Below, one piece after another: positions 9,126 through 16,871 of a DNA stretch of 32,000 bases. The position numbers and the translations under genes are program-made. The notes below the pieces were generated by a model. The model had not been told where the DNA came from. It searched no databases and worked only from the letters and a program-made list of their open reading frames with translations. The stretch's first letter is position 1; each line of letters starts with the position of its first letter. This DNA comes from an uncultured Pirellulaceae bacterium (GTDB taxonomy: Bacteria; Planctomycetota; Planctomycetia; Pirellulales; Pirellulaceae), in contig CAYSXI010000016.1 of NCBI GenBank assembly GCA_964434955.1, positions 14,808 to 46,807 on the forward strand. The letters run 5' to 3'.

Positions 9126-9652
9126 CGTCGTTACCTGGCAAAAAAGTTAAAAACGGTTTCCAGGATTCCAGATTTCCTCCTCCACCGACGGGGACAATTT
9201 TTTTACCAAAGCAGGATTTGTTTTGAATGAACGGGAGTGAAAACAAAGGGAAGGGAGTCGCTCAAGGACATCTTCTGAGGTAGGAAAACCGGGAGCTGGA
9301 TTCCAAGTTCCTCAGAAAGCAGACGGGCTGTTAAACCTTTCGGATTGCTTAACTTTTGCCGCGATTGACAGTTTTGCCGGGAACGAAGTCAACGAATTCA
9401 AGGGCTGTCAAACTTTGACGCCGGTAACGAATATGCCCGGCTGGTATCACACTTTTGGGTGAAAAACCGTTCTTGAGATCAGCAATATCTCCGTTTGGAT
9501 CGATCATTTTTTCTATACGACGCTCAGGTTCGGCATGATCGAACCAATGCGAACGAACCGAAGCATCGTTTCAACCCCACTCACCCGTGGTCCTGTCCGA
9601 CGGAACAACGATGGAAACTGCATACACAAATCGCGATCAACGCATTTTGTTC

Positions 9653-10396
9653 ATGAAGCTTGGAGTTTTTTGCATTGCATGTTCCCTGCTACTGGCCGCG
9701 CTCGGCTGCAACTCCATAAGGACGACCGTACTCGACCGAAGTGAAGACGATCGATTGCAGAAGAATCGACCCACGACAAGCCTCAAGGGAATTCCCGTCA
9801 TGCTCAAGGTTCCGACGCATATGGAAATCACCGTTTACGAAAGAAGCTTCTTCTATCAGACGAAGCAAAGCAATCGCCTCGTTGCCGTTGATTGCAACGA
9901 GATGCCGACGAGGTTCGTCAAAACCAACGTGGCAAAAACCGAAAAAATGTTTTTGGTTGACCCCAAGCGGGCTGCTGCCGGAATCACCGAATATGGATTC
10001 AAGTTCCAGGGTGGCGAAGAAGGGAAATCGGCTGCGGGTCACGGATATCTTTCGCAAGCCAATTACAAAGTCCAAGACGAGACGTTGACTCAAGCCGCCA
10101 GTCTTGTGAACTCGGTTGCCGCGGCTCTGCTCACATCGCCGGGAACGCCCGGTGCCGATCCAAAAAGTGTCATGGAGGCCGAGAATGGTGATGCGGTACC
10201 CGTGCATGAGATTGATCGAGTGGTCGCCTTCTGCCGGTTCGATATCAACTCACCAACGTACGACGAAGACGTTCGACAGTTTCTCAACCAGTATTTGAAT
10301 CACTGCCAAAGCTGCCAGAACCTTCCGCAGTACGGTACACCCAAGGCAGACTGCAAGCCCAAGGCAAATGCCGATTCAAAAAGTAAGAAAGGATGA
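9653..10396 (+). CDS. Hypothetical lipoprotein, paralog A of a tandem pair
   Basis: 'MKLGVFCIACSLLLAALGC' is a signal peptide plus lipobox. The track ORF starts at 9587, but the ATG at 9653 gives a canonical signal. It shares 'G[IV]PV.LKVPTH.E[IV]T' and 'RVVAF.RFDI' blocks with the next ORF. Confidence 0.7.
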   Translation: MKLGVFCIACSLLLAALGCNSIRTTVLDRSEDDRLQKNRPTTSLKGIPVMLKVPTHMEITVYERSFFYQTKQSNRLVAVDCNEMPTRFVKTNVAKTEKMFLVDPKRAAAGITEYGFKFQGGEEGKSAAGHGYLSQANYKVQDETLTQAASLVNSVAAALLTSPGTPGADPKSVMEAENGDAVPVHEIDRVVAFCRFDINSPTYDEDVRQFLNQYLNHCQSCQNLPQYGTPKADCKPKANADSKSKKG

Positions 10397-11223
10397 TTCA
10401 GGTGAAACTCTTTCGACTTCAATTGGTAATGGCTTTGCTGGTCCTGGTGAGCTGCGGTTGTACCACGTTCCGATCAACAATCATGGAGCGTGACGAGCAT
10501 GATCGGATCTATCCTCAATCAAGACCGCGAACGTCAGCCGGTGTTCCGGTCAAACTCAAGGTGCCGACACACCTGGAAGTAACCATCAAGGAAAAGTACC
10601 AGATCATCGATGGTGTGGTAAAAGATGGCCATGTCGTTCCACCGGAAATCGTAAACCTTGGTTCGAATGGGCGACGGTTTCTGAACGTTGAAACCGCAAT
10701 TGGATATACCGACAAGGTATTCACCGTGGATTTCCCAAGACCTTTTTCCGGAGATCTGACGCTTGGGAGTGCTTCGTCCGGCGGCTTGCAGTTCGACGGA
10801 GAACAGTTCTTTAGCCAGGTGCATGGGACGATTGATGATCAAACGATCGAGGACATCAACTCCGTAATCAAAAGCGAGTTGCCCACCCTGCAAAACACGC
10901 TTGCCAAAGCGGCTCCCAAGTCGGTGGAGGCCGAATTGGATGCCGCAAAAGTTGGTTCCAACATCAAACTGGGTGAACGAGTCGTCGCGTTTCAACGATT
11001 TGATATTTCTGAATGCGATTGGGAAGCAAAAGTACAGAACTTCATCAATTTCCATCTAAACTGCAATCGAGCCTGTCCCGATCGATCGTTTGACGAAGCT
11101 TGCGCGGTCGGCTGCCAGGGATCCGCCAAACAAGTTACCGAGGTGATGCAGGCCAACGCACCCCAAGGCGTGATTGAACCGATGATTCCAGAGGGGCTCA
11201 AAGAGAAGGCAATTTCAAAGTAG
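10393..11223 (+). CDS. Hypothetical lipoprotein, paralog B of a tandem pair
   Basis: 'LQLVMALLVLVSCGC' lipobox. The ATG overlaps the paralog A stop (ATGA at 10393-10396). An alternative GTG start lies at 10402. The C-terminus is Cys-rich: 'LNCNRACPDRSFDEACAVGC'. Confidence 0.7.
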   Translation: MIQVKLFRLQLVMALLVLVSCGCTTFRSTIMERDEHDRIYPQSRPRTSAGVPVKLKVPTHLEVTIKEKYQIIDGVVKDGHVVPPEIVNLGSNGRRFLNVETAIGYTDKVFTVDFPRPFSGDLTLGSASSGGLQFDGEQFFSQVHGTIDDQTIEDINSVIKSELPTLQNTLAKAAPKSVEAELDAAKVGSNIKLGERVVAFQRFDISECDWEAKVQNFINFHLNCNRACPDRSFDEACAVGCQGSAKQVTEVMQANAPQGVIEPMIPEGLKEKAISK

Positions 11224-11280
11224 GCGTTTGGCATCGACGCTCCGATCACGGCGAGACTCGCCTCCAACTCAGGACTAAGC

Positions 11281-12846
11281 ATGGCAAAAAAGAAAAAATC
11301 GGCCGCAGTGCGAGGGAACGAGTCCCGATCAACCAAATCGAAAGCGACAAAGAAGCGCGCAACGAAGAAGTCTACTTCAAAAAAGGAAGCTCCATCCCGG
11401 AAGAAATCTTCGCGGAAGAAGTCATCGCGCAAAAAAACCAGCAAGAAGAAAACCAGCAAGAAGAAAGTCGTCACAAAGAAGAAAAAGGTGGTGACCAAGA
11501 AGCCGAGTCGCAAACGAACCGCCAAGAAAAAAGTTACCAAAAGAGTGGCGAGAAAGAAAACGACTTCCACTGCCAAAAAGAAGCTCAGCCTGGCCCATCA
11601 GCTTTTTTATGGTGTCGACGAAAATGGCAAACCGACCGGCAAGAAAATCGATGAAGTCGCCGTGGTTGCCGAAAAGGCGAAAGGCGGCGTCATCCTTTCG
11701 TCCGACGGCATCCGAAACGAATTTCGGCGCCGCCGATCCGAGTTGGAACCTCAGCGCAAAAAAGCTCAGGCAGTGCTCGATGAGATTCTGATTCCGCGGA
11801 TTCAAAAAGGGATGTACGGGCCCATCTCGAGCTACTCGATCGGGTTCCGAGTGAAACACGGCAAACCCCTTTCGCCGCTCAAATACGTCATTCAAGTCGG
11901 CGTGCCCGAGAAGTATACCGAGGAGATGCTCAAGCGGAAGAAGATCCGACGGCTTCCGAAAAAAATTGAGGGCGTCGAAATCAAAGTCATCGAATCCCAG
12001 CCATCGATGACCCGCGACGCATTTGAAGCGAGCGCAACGGAAGATTCGGAGTTTTCGGCCATCGTCATGCCGAGTGGGAAAACGAAACTGACGGACTTGG
12101 TTGACATCACTGAGTCCTCCATCGAGATCTCTGACACCGACCTTTGGGGCGGTCTGCCGGCAGCCGATACCACGGAGCTCAAGAACTGGGGGACCTTTGG
12201 CGTCTCGTTTAAAAAATCAAATCAACATTTCGCGCTAGTCAATCAACACTTTGCGAAACAAGTTGGTGTGACGATGGCGCAGCCCGCTTCGAAACCCGGT
12301 GGCAATCTGACGGGTTGGGAAATTGGCAAGGTCGAAAAGGTATTCATCGGTCAGCAAACCCAGGAACGCGGATACGTTGACGCGGCATTGATCAAGCTTC
12401 AGCTCGATGGCAACCGCAAGTCGGTTCACCGAATCCTGAGTTTCGAATCGGAGGAGTTACTGTTCGCTTCGAGGCGACTTAACGATTCGGACGATATGTT
12501 CGCCAAAGTGTTTAAATACGGAGCCCGTTCGAAAGAAAAACTCGAAGCGGACATCGTCAATACGGCGAAGACCATCAGCATTTCGGGCGGGGATGCGGAT
12601 AAAGTTATCGCGATCGAGGGCACGTCTTCCGGAACGCGATTCATCAAGGGTGGCGACAGCGGAAGCGCCGTGGTCGCCCCGGTCCTGGTCAACGGGACGC
12701 CAAGGTTGCTGGTCGTTGGATTGTTCTTCGCCGGGGACAAACAGAACAAGGCACTTGCATACGCCTGTCATTTTCAGGACGTGATTGACGCGCTCACCCT
12801 CGACCTCCCCGATCGCTTGCTTTGCGACAATTGGACTTACGAATAA
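11281..12846 (+). CDS. Chymotrypsin-fold (S1-like) serine peptidase with a ~100-aa Lys/Arg-rich N-terminal tail
   Basis: 521-aa ORF. Triad-like motifs in the canonical order are 'GTFGVSF..ALVNQHF' (His), 'YVDAALIKL' (Asp) and 'KGGDSGSAVV' (Ser). Residues 1-100 are about half K/R. I see no signal peptide or TM segment. Confidence 0.8.
   Translation: MAKKKKSAAVRGNESRSTKSKATKKRATKKSTSKKEAPSRKKSSRKKSSRKKTSKKKTSKKKVVTKKKKVVTKKPSRKRTAKKKVTKRVARKKTTSTAKKKLSLAHQLFYGVDENGKPTGKKIDEVAVVAEKAKGGVILSSDGIRNEFRRRRSELEPQRKKAQAVLDEILIPRIQKGMYGPISSYSIGFRVKHGKPLSPLKYVIQVGVPEKYTEEMLKRKKIRRLPKKIEGVEIKVIESQPSMTRDAFEASATEDSEFSAIVMPSGKTKLTDLVDITESSIEISDTDLWGGLPAADTTELKNWGTFGVSFKKSNQHFALVNQHFAKQVGVTMAQPASKPGGNLTGWEIGKVEKVFIGQQTQERGYVDAALIKLQLDGNRKSVHRILSFESEELLFASRRLNDSDDMFAKVFKYGARSKEKLEADIVNTAKTISISGGDADKVIAIEGTSSGTRFIKGGDSGSAVVAPVLVNGTPRLLVVGLFFAGDKQNKALAYACHFQDVIDALTLDLPDRLLCDNWTYE
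11435..11464 (+). repeat. Perfect 15-bp tandem duplication inside the Lys-rich coding tract
   Basis: aaaaccagcaagaag occurs twice, encoding KTSKK KTSKK. It sits within a wider degenerate AAG/AAA-rich tract (about 11284-11585). Confidence 0.8.
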
Positions 12847-12860
12847 CGGATTGCCTGACG

Positions 12861-13727
12861 ATGGAATGGCCCATGATTCGAATCGGATTTGTAACCCAAA
12901 GCGGCCTGCTGTTGCTGTTGTTTTCTTTGGTAGGATGCAACGCCATCAAGACCCGGCTTCAAGGTTTGGACGTCTCAACCGCGAATCATCAGAACATACC
13001 TTCGGACGTGGCGGATGCGAAATCCAAAATCGGAACGGTTCGTGTTCAGCGCTGGCTTGGCAACGCACAGGCAATCGAAATTCGAAAAGATGATCGGCAG
13101 CTTCAGTCAGTTTTGTCGAAGGTGTTGACGGAAGCGGACAACTCCGACCGTCGGCGACTAAAGCAACTGGTCGGTGACTACAACCTGAAAGCGAAAAATG
13201 CAAAAGCGCCAGGTTTGCGGCTGAAGGCTTCCGAGCTGGATGACAACGTCGTTGTAATCCGACGAGGGGGCGAATACTGGTACCTGATTCAGCCCTGGAT
13301 GTCGCGCCCCGAACTTGCCAACTTGCCTTTGAAAAACGGGGACTTCGTGACGACGATTCCGCTTTCACGACTTCCCTTTCAAAGCCGCTTGCCCGAGAAG
13401 AAAACAGCCGAAGTGCGAATGGCCGGGCCTTGGAGCAAGCAGCAAGGGCTTGTCGAGCTTGAAAGAAGGAAGATTCCCTTTTCTCAATTGATTCAGGCGA
13501 CCGCGGCCAAATCGCTGTTCAAGGAAAACGCATCGGTTTGCATTGTGACACGCGTGAAGGATGGAAAGGTTCGCCACCTGGTCATGCCACTCGATGTCGA
13601 GAACGGAATCTTTTCTCAATGGTTCCTCAATGCTCATCACCGTTTCTACAACGCAACACTTGGGCTTGCAGACGGGGATCTTGTCCGAGCAACCGAGCTC
13701 TCTGTCTTTTTAGCATTGTTAAAATGA
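12861..13727 (+). CDS. Hypothetical lipoprotein with two beta-grasp (SLBB-like) looking segments
   Basis: 'MEWPMIRIGFVTQSGLLLLLFSLVGC' lipobox. The track ORF starts at 12822 inside the previous gene, and the ATG at 12861 is more plausible. 'LPLKNGDFVTTIP' and 'LGLADGDLVRATE' resemble SLBB 'L..GD.v.v' motifs, but this match is tentative. Confidence 0.65.
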   Translation: MEWPMIRIGFVTQSGLLLLLFSLVGCNAIKTRLQGLDVSTANHQNIPSDVADAKSKIGTVRVQRWLGNAQAIEIRKDDRQLQSVLSKVLTEADNSDRRRLKQLVGDYNLKAKNAKAPGLRLKASELDDNVVVIRRGGEYWYLIQPWMSRPELANLPLKNGDFVTTIPLSRLPFQSRLPEKKTAEVRMAGPWSKQQGLVELERRKIPFSQLIQATAAKSLFKENASVCIVTRVKDGKVRHLVMPLDVENGIFSQWFLNAHHRFYNATLGLADGDLVRATELSVFLALLK

Positions 13728-13763
13728 CGTTGGCGCGTGGTAGTAGCTTTTGGGAGCAAGGGT

Positions 13764-14234
13764 ATGCGTATCACTTCTGAAATTGCCAACCAATTACGGC
13801 AGGTTCATCGTGGGGGAAATTGGACCGCCGTCAATTTGAAGGATACGTTGGAGGCGGTTCGTTGGCAGGAGGCAACCCAATCGATCGAGAACGGCCATTC
13901 GATTGCGGGGCTGGTTTTTCATATGAACTACTTTGTGGCAGCCGTGTTAGGCGTACTGAGGAACGGGGTCCTCGATGCCTCGGATAAACTCAGTTTTGAC
14001 TGTCCGCCTATTGTCAGCGAAGAACAATGGCAAGCGTTGATCCTCAAAACTTTGAGCGACGCTGACGAGCTTGCCGGCATGATCGAAGGACTTCCCGAAG
14101 CCAAGTTGTCAGAGACATTCGCTGACGAGAAATACGGAAGTTACCTTCGGAATCTGCAAGGCGTCATCGAGCACTGCCACTACCATCTTGGCCAAATCAC
14201 GATGATTCGGAAGTTGGCTCGATCGTTGGATTGA
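13764..14234 (+). CDS. DinB-fold (DinB_2/DUF1572-like) protein
   Basis: 'GLVFHMNYF' and the C-terminal 'IEHCHYHLGQITMIRK' match His-rich DinB four-helix-bundle motifs. The ATG at 13764 is preceded by GGAGCAAGGGT. Confidence 0.72.
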   Translation: MRITSEIANQLRQVHRGGNWTAVNLKDTLEAVRWQEATQSIENGHSIAGLVFHMNYFVAAVLGVLRNGVLDASDKLSFDCPPIVSEEQWQALILKTLSDADELAGMIEGLPEAKLSETFADEKYGSYLRNLQGVIEHCHYHLGQITMIRKLARSLD

Positions 14235-14522
14235 GCGACGACTTCGAGCTGGAACCTCTCAATACGGGCCGGTAATCTGCCCGATTCCGACCGGTTCATT
14301 CAGCCTTCGTTCTGCTTTAAGGTCAAAATCCCTCTCCCATGGGCCGCTTCTGGACCCTTGTTTTTAAGGGTTTCTCGATTTTGTGTCCGGTTGAAGTCGG
14401 AATTTGCAATCTCTTGTTGACGAGACATTGGTCGAGTCAGGGAAGGCAAAGAGGAAAAGGAATTTCATCGGTCGGTGTTTCCCAAACCAAAAACAGCCAA
14501 CAAAAAATACAAGGGAAGCAAG

Positions 14523-16628
14523 ATGAAAAACACCACTCTCCGAAAACGATTGGCGGCCACTCTGGTAGCCAGCGTTCTGATGCTAGGAATTGGAACAGAT
14601 CTTGGTCAAGCGGCCAGCCCTCAGTTTCCAGCCGAGCTAACCGGCAAAGTTCAAAAACGGGAGCAAGAGCGCGAGGAACTCAAGCCGAAGCAGGTCTATC
14701 AGAAGATGTTGAAAGGAACGGTATGGATTCACCAATTTGCCAATCAAATGGCCGGCCACGGTACCGGCTGGATTGTCGATGCCGACAAAGGCCTGGTGAT
14801 GACCAATCATCACGTTGTTGATCGTGGCGAAGACGTCATCATGTTCTTGCCAAAATTTGATCAGGGAAAACTGGTCACCGACCCCGAAGAATACACCAAG
14901 TACACCCGTCCCATCAAAGGAAAAGTCATCGACAGTGATCGAACGCGAGATTTGGCCCTGATCCGAATCGAAGGCAAGTTACCAAGTTCCGCGGAATCGC
15001 TTCCGATGGCAAAGGAAAGTGCCAGTCCCGCAGACATGCTTCATGTCGTCGGTGGTTTGCCAAGCGGTTCCAATGGTGTGTTCAGTTACACCAACGGCTA
15101 CGTCCGGGAAGTTTCGCATGGCAAAGGAGTCAATGGCGGGCGAGACATCTGGTTGATTCGCCACAATATCGCAACCAATCGTGGCAACAGCGGCGGTGCA
15201 CTCGTCAACAGTCACGGAGAAGTTGTGGGCGTCCACAACATGGGCATGTATGACGTAGCCATCAAAGGAACGTCAGGAGGGATCGATCTAAAGGAAGTCA
15301 AATCGTTTATCAAAGAGGTCGAGTCTCTTTACCCAGCCACGACTGCCAAGGCAGCTTACGAGGCAGGAAAACGACATTATCGAGCCGGTCGCTACGACTC
15401 GGCCATCGACTATTTCTCTTCGGCGATCCGCAAGGATTCGAAGCACGCCGAGGCTTACCGGATGCGAGGCTGGAGTTTTACGGTCAAGAAAGATCTTGAT
15501 TCCGCCAAGCGAGACTTCACTTCCGCGATCGAGCACGATTCGACCAATTGGAATGCCTTTTACGGTCGTGGAAAAGTCCTCGGAATGCAAGGAAATTCGA
15601 AAGCCGCAATCGCGGACCAAAACGAAGCAATTCGCCTGAACCCAAAAGCAAAATTCGCATACCTTCAAAGAGGTGACTTGTATCGGGCAAATCGTCAGTA
15701 CGAAAACGCCGTCAAGGATTATTCCCGAGCAATCGAGACGGACAAGTCATATATCAGCGCAATCAACCAGCGAGGACGAACGTACCTGAACCTGGGCCTG
15801 TACACCAAAGCCCTTGCGGATTTCGAGGAAGCTTATCGCCTCCGGCCACATCCGATCTACTGCAACAATGTTGCCGTCGCTTTGGAGCGAATGGGCAAAA
15901 AACAAGAAGCGGTTCAGCTGTACCAAAGAGCGACCCAGATGGATCCCAACTACACTTTGCCACGGAAAAATCTGGCCCTGGTTTACATGGAAGCAAAAAA
16001 TTATGACGCTGCCGTTTATCACCTGAACTTTGCGATTCAGTCAGATCCAAAGTCAAGCCAGTTCTTCTACCTGCGTGCCAAAAGTTTCGATGCACTCAAG
16101 CAACTCAAGTTGGCTTTGACGGACATCAACATGGCAATCCAACTTTATAAGAAGGACGCGGACTACTTTGCGGTTCGATCAGCGATTCTCAGCGATCTCG
16201 GATACGAAGCCGACGCTGTTAAAGACATTCGCTATGCCGCCAAGCTAAATCCAAAAAAGTATGGTAGCTACTCAAATGCCAAACACATCACGGCAAAACC
16301 ACGAGTTGAGTCGCCGAAGAAACAAAAGTCGCAGTCGGTTGGCGGTACCTGGAGCTTCAAACAGACCGTTCACGGTGTTCGCTACGATTGCCTGATCGCA
16401 TTCAACGCCACGCATTTCGAATACCACCTGACTTGGGTTGATGCGGCAGGCAAGCCAGGCCAGGTCCGACGCAAAGGCACTTATGAAATCACCGACGGTG
16501 GATGGCAAGTGGTACTGCGAAGCAGTGGTGGCCACGCAACCAAGACCGATATTGGATTCAAGGATGGGCTCCTGGTCATTCAGATTCCTGAAATGAACCA
16601 GTTCTTTTCTTTCAAGCGAGTGAAATAG
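14523..16628 (+). CDS. Secreted trypsin-like serine peptidase (Trypsin_2/S1C-like) fused to TPR repeats and a C-terminal domain
   Basis: Signal peptide 'MKNTTLRKRLAATLVASVLMLGIGTDLGQA'. Triad motifs 'GTGWIV..LVMTNHHVV', 'DLALIRI' and 'TNRGNSGGALV'. At least 8 TPR-like units follow, for example 'AEAYRMRGWSF...', 'WNAFYGRGKV...' and 'AKFAYLQRGDLY...'. The track ORF starts at 14475. Confidence 0.85.
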   Translation: MKNTTLRKRLAATLVASVLMLGIGTDLGQAASPQFPAELTGKVQKREQEREELKPKQVYQKMLKGTVWIHQFANQMAGHGTGWIVDADKGLVMTNHHVVDRGEDVIMFLPKFDQGKLVTDPEEYTKYTRPIKGKVIDSDRTRDLALIRIEGKLPSSAESLPMAKESASPADMLHVVGGLPSGSNGVFSYTNGYVREVSHGKGVNGGRDIWLIRHNIATNRGNSGGALVNSHGEVVGVHNMGMYDVAIKGTSGGIDLKEVKSFIKEVESLYPATTAKAAYEAGKRHYRAGRYDSAIDYFSSAIRKDSKHAEAYRMRGWSFTVKKDLDSAKRDFTSAIEHDSTNWNAFYGRGKVLGMQGNSKAAIADQNEAIRLNPKAKFAYLQRGDLYRANRQYENAVKDYSRAIETDKSYISAINQRGRTYLNLGLYTKALADFEEAYRLRPHPIYCNNVAVALERMGKKQEAVQLYQRATQMDPNYTLPRKNLALVYMEAKNYDAAVYHLNFAIQSDPKSSQFFYLRAKSFDALKQLKLALTDINMAIQLYKKDADYFAVRSAILSDLGYEADAVKDIRYAAKLNPKKYGSYSNAKHITAKPRVESPKKQKSQSVGGTWSFKQTVHGVRYDCLIAFNATHFEYHLTWVDAAGKPGQVRRKGTYEITDGGWQVVLRSSGGHATKTDIGFKDGLLVIQIPEMNQFFSFKRVK

Positions 16629-16655
16629 GATTCTCGTCTCTTCATTTCAGGGCAG

Positions 16656-16690
16656 AACCGCGGCGATCAAGTTCGTCGCGGTTTCTTTTT
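16656..16690 (+). terminator. Rho-independent terminator
   Basis: An 11-bp stem, AACCGCGGCGA / TCGTCGCGGTT, with one G-U pair and loop tcaagt, followed by TCTTTTT. It lies 28 nt after the stop at 16628. Confidence 0.7.
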
Positions 16691-16871
16691 GCGCAAAAGC
16701 CTGGCTGGAAAATGGTCGGCCGCGTGAGTTTGGATTAGAATCGCCAAGTTGAGCAAGCGATCTGTTTTCCTGGCAATCCCTTTCCGGGTAACTATCGGTT
16801 CGCGAACACAGTTCTCAAAGTATCAACTTCAAATCCAAATTCCATCAAACCCAATAAGCGTCGAGATTTCA

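Noticed and set aside
9689-11055. Minus-strand ORFs of 172 aa (9689-10207) and 173 aa (10534-11055)
   Set aside because: They lie antisense to the paralogous lipoprotein genes, which have proper signal peptides and mutual similarity. The antisense products have no motifs.
10992-11895. Minus-strand ORFs 10992-11576 (194 aa, Phe/Leu-rich, TM-like) and 11422-11895 (157 aa)
   Set aside because: The apparent hydrophobic 'FFLLVFFLLVF' protein is the reverse-complement image of the AAG/AAA Lys tract (CTT/TTT codons). It is an artefact of low-complexity sequence.
14339-14821. 160-aa plus-strand ORF overlapping the 5' end of the trypsin-TPR gene
   Set aside because: It is Arg/Ser/Gln-rich without motifs and out of frame with a gene that has a clear signal peptide and catalytic triad. 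It is most likely non-coding leader plus a frame shadow.
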